A DNA stretch of 64,000 nt from assembly GCF_006345805.1 (NCBI RefSeq), contig NC_043011.1, positions 26,982,464 to 27,046,463 of the forward strand. Direction: 5' to 3'. The DNA is from Octopus sinensis. Taxonomy: Eukaryota. Position 1 is the stretch's first letter, and each line of letters starts with the position of its first letter. This document shows, in pieces, positions 13,705 through 25,750 of this stretch. A program made the translations under genes and the position numbers. Below the pieces are notes generated by a model that was not told the origin of the DNA, did not search any database, and saw nothing but the letters and a program-made list of their open reading frames with translations.

Positions 13705-14085
13705 AGGCGTAGGAGTGGCTGTGTGGTAAGTTGCTTGCTTACGAACCGCATGGTTCCGGGTTCAGTCCCACTGCGTGGCACCTTGGGCAAGTGTCTTCTG
13801 AGTGGATTTGGTAGACGGAAACTGAAAGAAGTCCGTCACGTATATGTATATATATATTTGTATGTGTGTGTATATGTTTGTATGTCTGTGTTTGTCACCC
13901 CAATATCGCTTGACAACCGATGCTGGTGTGTTTTCGTCTCTGTAACTTAGCAGTTCGGCAAAAGAGACCGATAGAATAAGTATTAGGCTTACAAAGAATA
14001 AGTCCTGGGTCAATTTGCTCGACTAAAGGCGGTGCTCCAGCATGGCCACAGTCAAATGACTGAAACAAGTAAAAGAGTAAAGAGT
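13705..14085 (+). mobile_element. Full-length tRNA-derived SINE, family A, with internal (TA)/(TG) microsatellite (other near-full copies ~11595-12010 -, ~27468-27865 -, ~32352-32738 +, ~48846-49252 +, ~56456-56880 -; many partial copies)
   Basis: Head ggagtggctgtgtggtaag..ggttcagtcccactgcg, middle gtggatttggtagacggaaactgaaagaagc, tail ccagcatggccgcagtcaaatgactgaaacaagtaaaaga. Resembles octopus tRNA-derived SINEs. Confidence 0.88.
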
Positions 14086-14350
14086 ATCCCCAAATCTGTC
14101 AGACATGTCTTAGTACAGCTCATCCAGTTGTGAGCAATACACCTTAATGTCATCTGGTATACATTTTTTCTTCTCCAATTCAGAGAGGCTCAGAAACTAG
14201 AAGTAACAACAGCTTATGTTACATTTGAATAAATTGTACCTTGGATGGAGCTGTGGAGAAAGCCAATTTTACTTTGATAAAGTTTCACCTCATTTCCTTG
14301 TACTTGCAACTTAACTTCATTGATGTTTGTGAATATACCTGCCACATGAG

Positions 14351-14610
14351 TAAAAGCACCATCCGTTCGTGTCCGTTGCCAGCCTCGCCTGGCCCCCGTG
14401 CCGGTGACACGTAAAAGCACCATCTGTTCATGGCTGTTTGCCAGCTCTGTCTGGCCCCCGTGTTGGTGGCACGTAAAAGCACCATCCGTTCGTGTCCGTT
14501 GCTAGGCGAGGCTGGCCCCGTGCCGGTGACACGTAAAAGCACCATCCGTTCGTGGCCGTTTGCCAGCTCTGTCTGGCACCTGTGCGGGTGGCACGTAAAA
14601 AGCACCCACT
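14351..14610 (+). repeat. ~61-bp tandem repeat (about 4 units) inside the 5' part of a SINE-like element
   Basis: taaaagcacc recurs at about 14351, 14412, 14474, 14534 and 14596. Confidence 0.85.
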
Positions 14611-15027
14611 ACACTCACGGAGTGGTTGGCGTTAGGAAGGGTATCCAGCCGTAGAAACACTGTCAGATCTGACTGGGCCTGACGAAGCCTTCCAGCTTCA
14701 CAGACCCCAGTTGAACCGTCCAACCCATGCTAGCATGGAAAGCAGACGCTAAATGATGATGATGATGAGTAATGTCATGCTTGATGTTTCTTAATTAATC
14801 ACAAAGAACAGAATTAGAGTCTTGCAAGAGTTTGACAACTCTTACAAGCAGGAAAGAAACTTTCAGGAGTTTTCCCTTCGACAGCCATTGAAATTCTGCA
14901 TGCAACAACAAATGTTCAAAATCTTCATCTGTCTCAGTGCAGAGCTGTTGAATTAGGAGGGAATTGAGAATATGTACTTTGATTTTAGTTACTTCTGTGA
15001 CAATAGAGCTCAACAATTTGTTAATTC

Positions 15028-15310
15028 TGTGGTGTATGCGAGAGATTTGAAATAAGGACACCTACCTTCTCTTCGCTCGACGGAGACCTCTCAGTGGTAA
15101 CGCACCCTTCAACGCAGCCCGACCCGAACACTAGAAATAGCAGCCGCTTTTCCCCTACCTTAACAACGTGCTCACGCATCTGACTCCCTCGGTTACCTCG
15201 ATAGAAAAGACCCAATGCTGCCCTGCCTGCGCGCACGTCACTCCTGCCCCTTCCTCTTCCGGTCAGCCCTAAGTTCCCATCAGCTCCCCAGCTGCTGATG
15301 TCATCCCACA
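15028..15310. mobile_element. Solo LTR (283 bp) with 5-bp TSD
   Basis: TGTGG...CCACA termini, AATTC duplicated at 15023-15027 and 15311-15315, GC/CpG-rich. Interrupts the hAT reading frame. Confidence 0.88.
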
Positions 15311-16250
15311 AATTCTACCACTTAGGTTATTTGCAAGGTATGCAAACACACTAGGTGTAACTCTTTCAATAAACTGATTGCAGTAACGATAATAACCTAC
15401 TATCAATAGTGTCCCATCTACTGCTCAAACATGTACTACTGACCCATCTTTTGTATCTGTCTTTTTGTATCTGATGAAGCAAGCATAAGCAAAGAACAAA
15501 CTTTTATTGCTTGGTAAAGGGAATTCATCTAATTATTAGCTGGATTTATTTGTTCTAAGCATGTTGCACAATATATCTACAATGTTATTGTATTTTGCTT
15601 TTTGAAACACTTGTAATATGCACTTTTAGTGAAAATATTTTATATTGCTACTTCTTCATTTTAAATTTCATGGTTAAAATCCTCCAAACAAAATATGCAT
15701 GATAGCTTTCGAAATTATTTTTCTATAAAAATACAGATTACAAGTGTTTCAAAATGTTGAATACCACAACCTGACAAAAAACAATAAAAATGAGAAAAAA
15801 TAATGGTGCCTTTGTTCTGAAGGTACAATGAGGGGATGGGCAGACGTTTGAAAAAATATTAAAATGTTTTATTTTAATATCTGCTAGTGTTTTGAAATGC
15901 GGGATACTTATAAAATGCGGAAAAATCCTGAAAAAAAACCCCTAAGAAATCCCAATTTATGTAAGACAGCTATTCTGAAAGTGCAACAGATATATAAATA
16001 AATGTCTTTTTTTTTTAAGTGAAGATCACTAACACTAATATTACATTAATTAGAAATGTATTAAAATAATTGTACAGTTCTTTTTACTTAGAACAAAAGT
16101 CAAAATACCAATTATGGAAAATATGAAGAATTTCTTACCTTTACTGGAAGGAACAGTTGTAGTTAAAATTGCAAAAAAGAAATGATTTGTTTAGTGAAAG
16201 AAGTCGATTTCTCTCTCTTTTATTATATATATATGTATATATATATATAA

Positions 16251-16322
16251 AAGGTGATGCTTTAGATACAAATAATTACAGAGGTATCAAGTTGTTGGAT
16301 CAGGTAATAAAGGTTACTAAGA
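16251..16322 (+). mobile_element. RTE-type LINE reverse-transcriptase fragment
   Basis: Translates KGDALDTNNYRGIKLLDQVIKV, the typical RTE 'NYRGIKLL' motif. Confidence 0.7.
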
Positions 16323-16620
16323 GGGAACAAGTATCTCCCTGGACGATACTTCTTTTGATTGATACCTCAGCTAAGTGCTGGTTGTTACAGAAAATGGGTT
16401 TTCCAATTAGACTTGCTGTTCTTGATCAGTGCCCACATGTCATCAGCTACTTTACACATGTCGAGTGTTTCCAGAATCTATGAATGCATCGACATGTTGT
16501 AAGCCCTTTTAAAGTCTATCCAGGCAATTCACAAGTTGTTTTGATACTGTTTGCAGTTCTTCGTTACAACCTAGTCTATTACAAAGTGGTCCTTGGTGCC
16601 CTTGGATCCTTTTTAACATC
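16322..16620 (-). mobile_element. R4/Dong-type (RLE) LINE RT fragment
   Basis: Reverse translation GTKDHF..KNCKQ..NL*IAWIDFKRAYNM..HS*ILETL matches the 'GTKDQL..WIDYKKAYD..PHSWI' motif; contains stops. Confidence 0.7.
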
Positions 16621-16792
16621 CCTTTTGTTCTACTGGAAGTTGACTTTGCCTTTCATCCTTTCGGGGTCGATTAAATAAGTACCAGTTAATCAATGGGGTC
16701 GATGTAATCGACTTAGTCCCCTTGTCTGTCCTTGTTTGCCCCCTCTATGTTTAGCCCCCTGTGAGCAATAAAGAAATAAATTATTATTATTA

Positions 16793-16855
<63 letters not shown>

Positions 16856-17465
16856 GTATTATTATTATTAAGGCTTTAACACAAAGTACATGAGCATTAG
16901 GGACAAAGGGACTGTGGGGTTGGGATTGAAGTGTCTGATGACTCTTTAAATACCCTGATTTTCAAAAATATCTTCAATTTCCCTTGTAATATATCAATGG
17001 TCCAGAAGGTGGTGACCTGGCAGAATCATTAGCATGCTGGGCAAAATGCCTAGCAGTATTTCATCTGTCTTCATGTTCTGAGTTCAAATTCTGCTGAGGC
17101 TTTGCCTTTCATCCCCAATAAAATAAGTACCAGCTGAGTACTGGGGTTGGTATTATCGACTTACTCCCTTCCCCAAAATTTCAGTCCTTGTGCCTATAAT
17201 AGGAAGGATAAATACAAGCGTGTGTGTGCGCGTGCACAAACACACACACACACAACAGGCTTCTTTTAGTTTTCATGTCTCAAATCAACACCCAAGGCCT
17301 TGGTCACTCAGACACTTGCCCAAGGTATCATGCAGTGGGACTGAACTCAGAACCATGTGGTTAGAAAGCAAGTTTCTCAACTGTACAGCCATACTTCCAC
17401 CTAACCATGTCTCAATATTTATTTGAAATTAAAAGCTGAAGAGTTTATATTATACTATATTTCAG

Positions 17466-17548
17466 GTCGTCTATCGGCATTGCTATACAGAAATTTCATC
17501 TTGTGGCCGTCGACTGGATACAATGAAGATATTTGCTTATATTTGTGG
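17466..17548 (+). CDS. PTB/PID-domain protein exon (83 nt, phase 0-2; VVYRHCYTEISSCGRRLDTMKIFAYIC-G)
   Basis: Acceptor tatactatatttcAG, donor TGG|GTAAGT. The peptide matches the PTB core pattern H-x4-IS-x-C...FAYI, comparable to JIP1 ISFCG, Dab FGYVCG and ARH KVFAYI. Confidence 0.92.
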
Positions 17549-17936
17549 GTAAGTCTTTAACTATTTTATTCAAAAAGAAAATCTTCAGTTTTTTTTTTTG
17601 CTTTTTATTTTTTTTTTTATCTGATTTACATTTATTTTTCCATGCTTAGCTTGGGTGAAAAAAGATTTTGTTGGAGAAACTGTGACTAAAGCTTACTGTT
17701 TATTCAGCTTTCCAATTTTCTCTGAAAAGTATAGTCTCTGAAGAAACTAATGATGATCTTGGCACTGTGGTTAAGAAGCTCACTTTGCAAGCATGTAGTT
17801 TTGGGTTCAGTCTCAGCGTGTAGTATTGTGGCCTAGTATCTTTTACTACAGCTCCTGGCTGACATATTGAGTGAATTTGGGAGATGGAAACTGTTCAATT
17901 CCATCACACACACACACACACATGTATATGTACATG

Positions 17937-17970
<34 letters not shown>

Positions 17971-18984
17971 TGAGTATATATATATATTTACATACATGTA
18001 TATATATGTGTGTGATTGTGTTGGTTCCCCCACCATGTGGGAATGGGCGCTCCATTAAATATACTAAATGGTATGTGAGTATGGTGATAACAGCCTGTTT
18101 GAATGTCCTACTCTCAACATAAGCCTGTAAACCAGAGAACACTTCTAGGAAAGGACACTTATTCTTGACAGTCAAGGTAATTCTAATTATGTAGAGTTCC
18201 TTGATTGAAGTGTTTTTTTCTAATAGCACTACTCATTTTATTCTTTTTGCACACTATATTTTCTGCACTTGTTTATTTATAATCCATTCTGTAAAATATC
18301 CCACCATTTTTGTAATTTGTCTTTGCTTTGATGACAAATAAAACCTTGTCATTGCATTGACATTGGACAAAATACTTTGCAGAAATTGGTTGCATTGCTT
18401 ATTCTTCCAAAGGTTGACTTGTTCTTTCATTATTTCAGAGCTGATAATGTACAGGTCAAATATTACAAGTCAGTCATTTTGACTAACCACTCCTCTTAAA
18501 TTTGTAGCCAGCATATCCACTGGCACACAAAAAAATTTCATTTATGGATATAAATACAATTCTGTGTCTCCATCTCCTTGTCTGAATGATAGATGAAACA
18601 GACATACCCCAAGAACAGTAGAAAACATTTGAGGAATACTATTACTAAGTATACCTTTGAAACAGAAAATGCTGATAAGACCATTATTTGTATTGTCTAA
18701 AAACAAAAGACATTTTAAAATGATTTTCTTCTTTCTTTTCTTCTTTCAATTCTTCTGCTGTCTTCTCCTCCCCAACTTCCTTCCCCCACTGTCATCATCA
18801 TCATCACATTAATCTTAGAATGCACAGAAATGTTGATTCAGTTTCATTCCGGTAATTGGGGCCATTTCTCTTTCTTTACAATATAACTTTTCCCTCTTTC
18901 TTTCTAAGTTTCTGAACTTCTTTGTGTTTTGTCCTTCATAATCCTTTTGATCTATTAAATCACTTCACTATTTTATACTTATAG

Positions 18985-19051
18985 GGAAACAACGTGCAGC
19001 ATTGCCCAGAATTTCAAGTGCCATATTTTTGAAGCCGAGTCCATTGATGAT
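18985..19051 (+). CDS. PTB/PID-domain protein exon (67 nt, phase 2-0; G-ETTCSIAQNFKCHIFEAESIDD)
   Basis: Acceptor cactattttatacttatAG, donor GAT|GTAAGT. Phase matches the previous exon; FKCHIF is the canonical PTB F-x-C-H-V/I-F strand. Confidence 0.92.
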
Positions 19052-19158
19052 GTAAGTTTGATACAGAATTTCTCTTTGTATTTTTTCTTTTCTTTTTAGT
19101 TTCTAACAAGTTTAATCCTTAATTGGCTTTACAGATATATATATATATATATAATATA

Positions 19159-19201
<43 letters not shown>

Positions 19202-19849
19202 ACACATGAGAGAGTAGATAAACAAAAGAAGGGCACTCAACACATTCATTGGGAGTTACATGTATAGATCAAAACACTCCCACACCCATACAAGCACATA
19301 ATACCTGAACACTTTCATAGGAATATCTTTATGCATAATACCCTCTTCCTTCTCCTCTTCCTCATCTTTTAATGTCCATCTTTGATACTGGCTAGGGTTT
19401 AACAATTTGAACAAATCTGACTGACCAAAGGACTGTGTCATGTTCTAATGTCTGCTTTGGCATGGTTTCTATGGATGGATACCCTATACCCTTCCAAACA
19501 CCAATCATTTTAGAAAGTGTTAGTTAGTTCTGCCAATGTCATGAGGCACATAAGGCCACAACACAATCTCTCAAACCAGCTCTGTTTTCTGTCACTGTTC
19601 CAGTCTCATTCCAGCTTCTTCACCTTTCTCATCTTTTTCCTTGTCAATGGTCCTTCATCATATAGTTTTAGGGTGCCCTGCTGTTCTTTTCCCCCTTAGG
19701 CTGTCACTTTTCTGCCACCATACAATCACTTTCTTGATCTTATCTGAGGACTCGTCTGATCCAATTCCATTGTCTGCGTCTTATTCATTACTGATCCTAA
19801 TATTATAAAGCTACTTGGTGTAGAACCAATTAAAGGGGTCTAAAAAATG

Positions 19850-20180
19850 TGTGATGCAGCTGCTCAATCCAGAGAGGGTGGTGTTCTCCGAATGAGGAAA
19901 GCTGTTGTCATTTCAATTTTGGATCCTTTGATGTTGAGTATTCTCCTTAAGCATGTGAATTACAAGCTGTCCATTGTTTTTTTTTTTATTCCTAGCACAA
20001 AGTCTGCTAGGTGCCTTTTTCATGATACCGTGCAGCTTACAAGGCTAAGTTTCTCTAAGACTGCGTGCAGCTACTCAGAGGGTACAATACTGGAACAAGT
20101 ATTGCAAAGCATTTTATCTGAATCCACTTCTATAATGGCTCTATGGATTCACCACCTTATCTTTAATGAATAAATCATTT
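19850..20180 (-). mobile_element. Probable RTE LINE C-terminal remnant
   Basis: Reverse strand gives CLRRILNIKG and KCFAILVPVLY in broken frames. Confidence 0.45.
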
Positions 20181-22808
20181 ATTTATTCTAACAATTTCTT
20201 AACGAGCATTCTAAATTGCAAGTCTCCTATTTCTTCTAATGGGGTAATTTATATACTTTGTACACTGGTTTGTTTCATTTTTTTCCCTTTTCTTTAATAT
20301 TTGTGACTTTTTGAATATCCTGTATTGAACAGCATTAATTATGGGTTTTCTGAGCTGCTTCTTTGTTGGGTTTGATTTCCATTTTTTCTTCCTTCTTTTC
20401 TTCTAGAAAGTGCTACCGAAAAATGGAACTAGATTATTATGGTAATTTGGTAATTTAGTAATATCAGAAGAGTCTAAGCAAATCTATTGACTTTGTCATC
20501 AAAGTCATGTTGGTTTTTATTATTTATTTAATTTTGCATTTGCACAGATTGATTCTGTAACAACAGCTGGCACTCTGTTGGCTGTGACGATGAGGGTTTC
20601 AGTTGATCTCATCAATGACGAGGGTTCCAGTTGATCTGATCAACGGAACAGCCTGCTCATGAAATTAACGTGAAATTAACAGGAGTGGCTGTGTGGTAAG
20701 TAGCTTGCTTACCAACCACATGGTTCTGGGTTCAGTCCCACTGCGTGACACCTTGGGTAAGTGCCTTCAACTATAACCTCGGGCTGACCAAAGCCTTGTG
20801 AGTGGATTTGGTAGATGGAAACTGAAAGAAGCCTGTCCCATATATATGTGTGTGTGTATGTGTATGTGTGTGTGTGTGTGATAAAAACCCTAAAATACTA
20901 TTATGGATCTCCAATTTATTATTTTGCTTGTGTGGACCCTCAGAAATCTCATATGGACCTTGATTGAGAACCACTGCCCTACACAAACCCATTTTTACTT
21001 CTGGGAAGAGGTGGCTCATATTGGTCTGGCCTCTGTCTTTTAACCTATCCAGAAAGGGAAGCCCTACAGGGAGCTTGTGTTCCTCTGGATTAGCTCTCAG
21101 GATCACCAAACCACACAGGCTACAATGTCACAACAAGGACTGGGCCTTGTTGTGGCTTTAGCTCCAGGTTAGCACTTATTGGTCAGACACGTGATCAAAG
21201 GCATTCCAGCTGTAACCATCCCATCTTTTTCTTGACACTGTACACCCAAAACTATATTATGTAATGTGTTCCTATTCTTCTAAGACAAGTAAGATGTGAT
21301 CTGAAGGAGATTTGGTTGTTATTTTTAGCAAGCTGAGCAACTGCATTACAGCTCCTCTGTTGGTTTATATAAGAAAAACGATTAAGATCGTAGTGGTCAT
21401 ATTGGTGATGGTGACTGTAGTGGCAATGAAAATGATAATAATAAAGACAGAGATGAGGAAGATGAGCATGATGATGATAATGATGAAGATTATGATACTT
21501 TGTTGATGCCATTATAGTGAATAATAGCATGAGAAAGTAGTAAAAGCTATGATGGCTGTCTAGGAATAGCCATTATACATGTATTATATGGATTTGAATC
21601 ACTTTCTCCATGAATCTTTTGTCTGCTGTGATATATATACATACATACAATATTTCTTTTTCTCTTTCTCTTCATATGTGTGTGTGTGTGTGTGTGTATG
21701 GGTGTAAGCATGGCTATGTGGTTAAGAAATTCGCCTCCCAACCACATGGTTTCAGGTTCTTTTCTGCTGTGTTACCCCTTGAGCAAGTGTCTTCTACGAC
21801 ATCCTGGGCTGACCAAACCTTTGTGAGAGGTTTTGTTAGACATAAAATGTGTGTATGAGTGTATGTTTGTGTCTCCTTGCCTTGACATCACATGGTTGTT
21901 ATATATGAACATCATTCATTTTCAATATTCCATGAAAACATGTCTGCTTGTGGAGAAATATTACCTTACTTAGAAACCAGTAGAGTTGGTGACAGGAAGG
22001 GCATCTGCCTATAGAAAATCTGCCTCACTAAAGTCTGCCGGACCAATGTAAACATGGAAATTGAATATTCAAATGATGATGTTATATACAGATGCAGACA
22101 TGGCTGTGTGGTAAGAAGCTCACTTCTCAACCACATGGTCCCTGGTTCAGTTCTAGTTGTGTTTCAGTCTTATTAGCTTTCACCAGTGAAGTGTAATCTA
22201 ACTGTAACTGTAGATCTTATAATACCCAGAGAAGTTTGTAGGATTTTAGTGAAGAAATACACAGAAATGTTATAACTTAGAAGCATCACTGGAAGAATAT
22301 TCAAGCGTGCTTGCTGCCATTGCTTTTGTATGTGTGTATGAAGTGGGAGGGAGGAGGAGAGAGAGGGAGAGAAGGTAGAAAATATAAAGGTGGGTGAAAG
22401 AGAGATAAAGGATGATGTTGAAAAATATAAAGGTAGATGAAGCAGAAATACTATGGTAAGATGAGACAGAGGTGATCATGGGAGATGGTTTGACAAAAAG
22501 AATGAAGAGAAAAAAAAGGAAGGTTGGAAAATGTGAAAGAGTAAAAAAAGTGGATAAATGTGTTTTGTGAAGGAAGGAGAATTAGAGAACTGGGAATATA
22601 AAATAAAAAAAGAGAACTAGGAATAGAAAAGTTAAGCTGTTAAGTAAGGAGAAATAAAAAAAAAGAATTGCTAGAGATAAATAAATAAATAGGGAGAGAG
22701 AATGATAGATAGATAAGTAGACTGATAGATAGAGGAGATACATAAATAAAAAATGAATAGGTATGTAGATAGGGACATACATACATAAATGAATAGAGAG
22801 AGAAATGA

Positions 22809-22839
<31 letters not shown>

Positions 22840-22959
22840 GATAGATAGATAGATGGATAGAAAGTGAAAGACAGGGGATGGATTGGTAGAAAGAGAGTGT
22901 TAGTGAAGAGAAAGATAGAGAGGGAATAGAGCAAGAGAATAATTTTGTTTTTTTTACTC

Positions 22960-23378
22960 CAGGCACAAGGCCTGACATTTTGGGGGAGGGGTCCAGTCAA
23001 TTAGATCAACCCCAGTATGCAACTGGTACTTAATTTATGAACCCCAAAAGGATGAAAGGCAAAGTTGACCTCGGCAGAATTTGAACTCAGAACGTAAAGA
23101 CAGACGAAATACAGCTAAGCATTTCGCTCAGCATGCTAGTGTTTCTTATTTCTTTATTACCCACAAGGGGCTAAGCATAGAGGGGACAAACAAAGACAGA
23201 CAAAGGGATTAAGTCGATTACATTGACCCCAGTGTGTAACTGGTACTTAATTTATCGACCCCGAAAGGATGAAAGGCAAAGTTGACTTTGGCGGAATTTG
23301 AACTCAGAACGTAACGGCAGACGAAATACAGCTAAGCATTTTGCCTGGCGCGCTAACGTTTCTGCCAGCTCACAGCCT
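22960..23378. mobile_element. Tandem dimer of a SINE segment (cccgaaaggatgaaaggcaaagttgac family), flanked by (AGAT)n and GA-rich tracts
   Basis: Two consecutive copies of ggatgaaaggcaaagttgac..gaatttgaactcagaacgtaa..gacgaaatacagctaagcattt. Confidence 0.75.
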
Positions 23379-24204
23379 TAGTGCAAGAGAATAATGAAAT
23401 AAAGATAAATGTGCAGAGTGAAATAATGAGAGAGAAAGAAAAATAGAATGGAAAGAGAGAGGTGTGGTGGTGGTGGATTTAACAGTAAGGCGGGATGGCT
23501 GGAAAGAAAAGAAAAAAAATGTGAATGTAGAGAAAGTGAAAAGGAGTAAATGAATATTGAAAGGAACATAAATGTAAGATTAAGTGAGAGATATGGAGAA
23601 AGAGAAATAAAAGAGGTGGCAAACAAGAGAGAGAGAGAGAGAGAAAGAGAGAGGGGGAGGGAGAGCAAGCAAGCAGAGTAAGTAGAAAAAGCAAAAAATG
23701 TTAAGAGGGAGTGAAATGAGAAAGAAGGGAGAGATTGAGAGTAACAGAGAGAGAGATTCAGCCACATAAATCTCTTTGACTATATCAGGATGGAACAGTG
23801 GGGTTGTTTCTAATGATAGAATAAATATGGTGAGATTGATATATTGGGAATAGTGCAATAAATTTCATATCCAAATGACGAGGGATTGGTGGAGAAGAGA
23901 CCATGTGGGGGAGAAAACCAAGTAGTTTGAATTTCATGTCATAGTGAGAGTTATTGAAAATGACGTTATAAAATTATGAGTTTATATCATTAATACAGAT
24001 CATAGTATGAAATTGTGGCTTGAGGGTCAAAAAGCCATATATTGCGTTATGTGAAGACATTAGAATACTTTCATTATTAAAACTGTAGGTAGCTTCAAAT
24101 AGTTATTTTTTTTCCTATTATTTATATTTAATACATTTTATATTAATCTAGTCAATAGTAGACAAAGCTTAAAACTATATATGTACCGTGTAGAAAGAAG
24201 GAAA

Positions 24205-24236
<32 letters not shown>

Positions 24237-25519
24237 TAGGTTAGTCTGCTCAAAGGCCTAGTACTTCAAGCTTATAGCCATATCGAAAAAGCAATCTGAG
24301 CTGTTTTTTTGTGGTTTCAAACATGGTCCTGATGTTCCATGTTCCCATCTGTCAAATTTAATGTTTATTTGTACACCTTGTTTTGAATTAATCATGCATT
24401 ATCCCATAGCTTTGACATTTCGACGGTATGATTGTTTAGTCTTTGAATGACATTGTAGGGTAAGTGTGAGAAGTCAGATCTGGCCAGTCTGAACATAAAA
24501 CAAGTAGAATTTTCAGGCTGGATATGGCCAGTTTAAATGCTAAAAAGTTAAATAAAAAATACAGTGGACAACAAAGCAGCAAATTGTAAGAGTTACTAGA
24601 GTATTAGATAGAATTCTTTGCAGTAGAATTTTGCAGATCTAATTCTACTAAGGTCAACTTTGTCTTTTATCCCTTTTGGGGTTGATCAAGAAGTATCAAT
24701 CCAGAGCAGTGGATTGACAGAATGTTCTGTTTCTTTGCATTCTGTCAGTAATATCAATAATGATCTAAATGTCAAGCTGTTTTAGCTCAAATTGGTGGCC
24801 TTTTCTTTGGTAAGGGTTGGTGACAGGAAGGGCATCTGGTTGTAGAAAATCTGCACTCAGTAAAGTCCATCCAACCCCTGATAGTATGGAAAAGTGGATG
24901 CTAAAATGATGATAACAATGATGATGAAAAAGAAGAAGTTATATATATAGTTTTGCCACACATAGATGTTTTTCACCAAGAGAAAAGAATATTCTATTCT
25001 GGTAATGCTAAAGAGAAAAAAAATGACCTAAAATAATTAGATATAGATAAGGAAATAGAATAGAAAAAAAAAAATTTTTTTTCTAATTATTTACAGAGCC
25101 ATTTTGAGTAACAAACCTTAATCTGTGTAGATATAGGTTTTCTTTTCTTTTTGAATTTTCGTTACTGAGAAAAAGATTTCCCTTCCCATTTCTTGCAGAT
25201 AATCTTTAAGAAGTTTGTATATGAAAAACTCTAGAGAAATATATATATATATATATATATATTCTTCCTAATTTTATATTAGTATTTGTGTTCAGACTCT
25301 AAATATCCTGTTAACCCTTTTTGTTTGCTATGTTGAAGCTGCTGTTTAAATTTTTTAAGTGATGAAAATAGAGATATAGTGATTTTTATTTCCATGTGAT
25401 TTGGTCAGTGTTTTCCTCATTAGCTATAGTTTCAAGCTAAAAAGTGAAAGATACCTGTCAAAATGGAAAAGAAAGCATGTTGTACAATAAAAACAAATGA
25501 TATCAGGTTTGATGATTAA

Positions 25520-25750
25520 CCCTTTAGCATTTAAACCGGCCGTATCCGGCCAAAAGTATTCTGCTTGTTTTATGTTCAAATTGGCCATATCTGGTCTCTT
25601 ACACCAACCCTACAATATCATCTTAAAAATTAACAGCTACCTCATCAAAATCTCAAAGCTACAAGATAATGCATGATTAGTTCAAAACAGTGAGGATGTA
25701 TTAGTTCAAAACAATGAGGATTTTGGCAGAATAATGTGAACACTAAAGGG
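25520..25750. mobile_element. TTAA-targeting (piggyBac-like) MITE; related decayed copies ~24330-24550 (inverted) and ~50710-50930; a second TTAA family ~57866-58090
   Basis: TTAA-CCCTTTAG ... CTAAAGGG-TTAA termini. Confidence 0.78.

Larger units (their letters stand above)
13124..15620 (-). mobile_element. Decayed hAT (Buster/Charlie-like) transposon, interrupted by two SINEs and a solo LTR
   Basis: Fragments FPISYFVEQGFSVITQLLPKQRNSL (hAT dimerization region), NEVKLQVQG, LLLHAEFQWLSKGK and NNLSGR/INKLLSSIVT. Terminus CAGTGATTCCC at 13124 is preceded by aaaTAgac (Buster-type nnnTAnnn). The upstream boundary is uncertain and may reach ~15960. Confidence 0.82.

Noticed and set aside
9736-14610. 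Regularly spaced repeats superficially like CRISPR arrays (181-bp and 61-bp units)
   Set aside because: The units are contiguous tandem copies without unique spacers, in eukaryotic DNA with no cas genes.
17466-17548. Alternative open frame RLSALLYRNFILWPSTGYNEDICLYLW, and the reading MKIFAYICG as a signal-peptide start
   Set aside because: The phase-0 frame joins exons 674-733 and 18985-19051 into a coherent PTB domain; the alternatives have no supporting partner exons.
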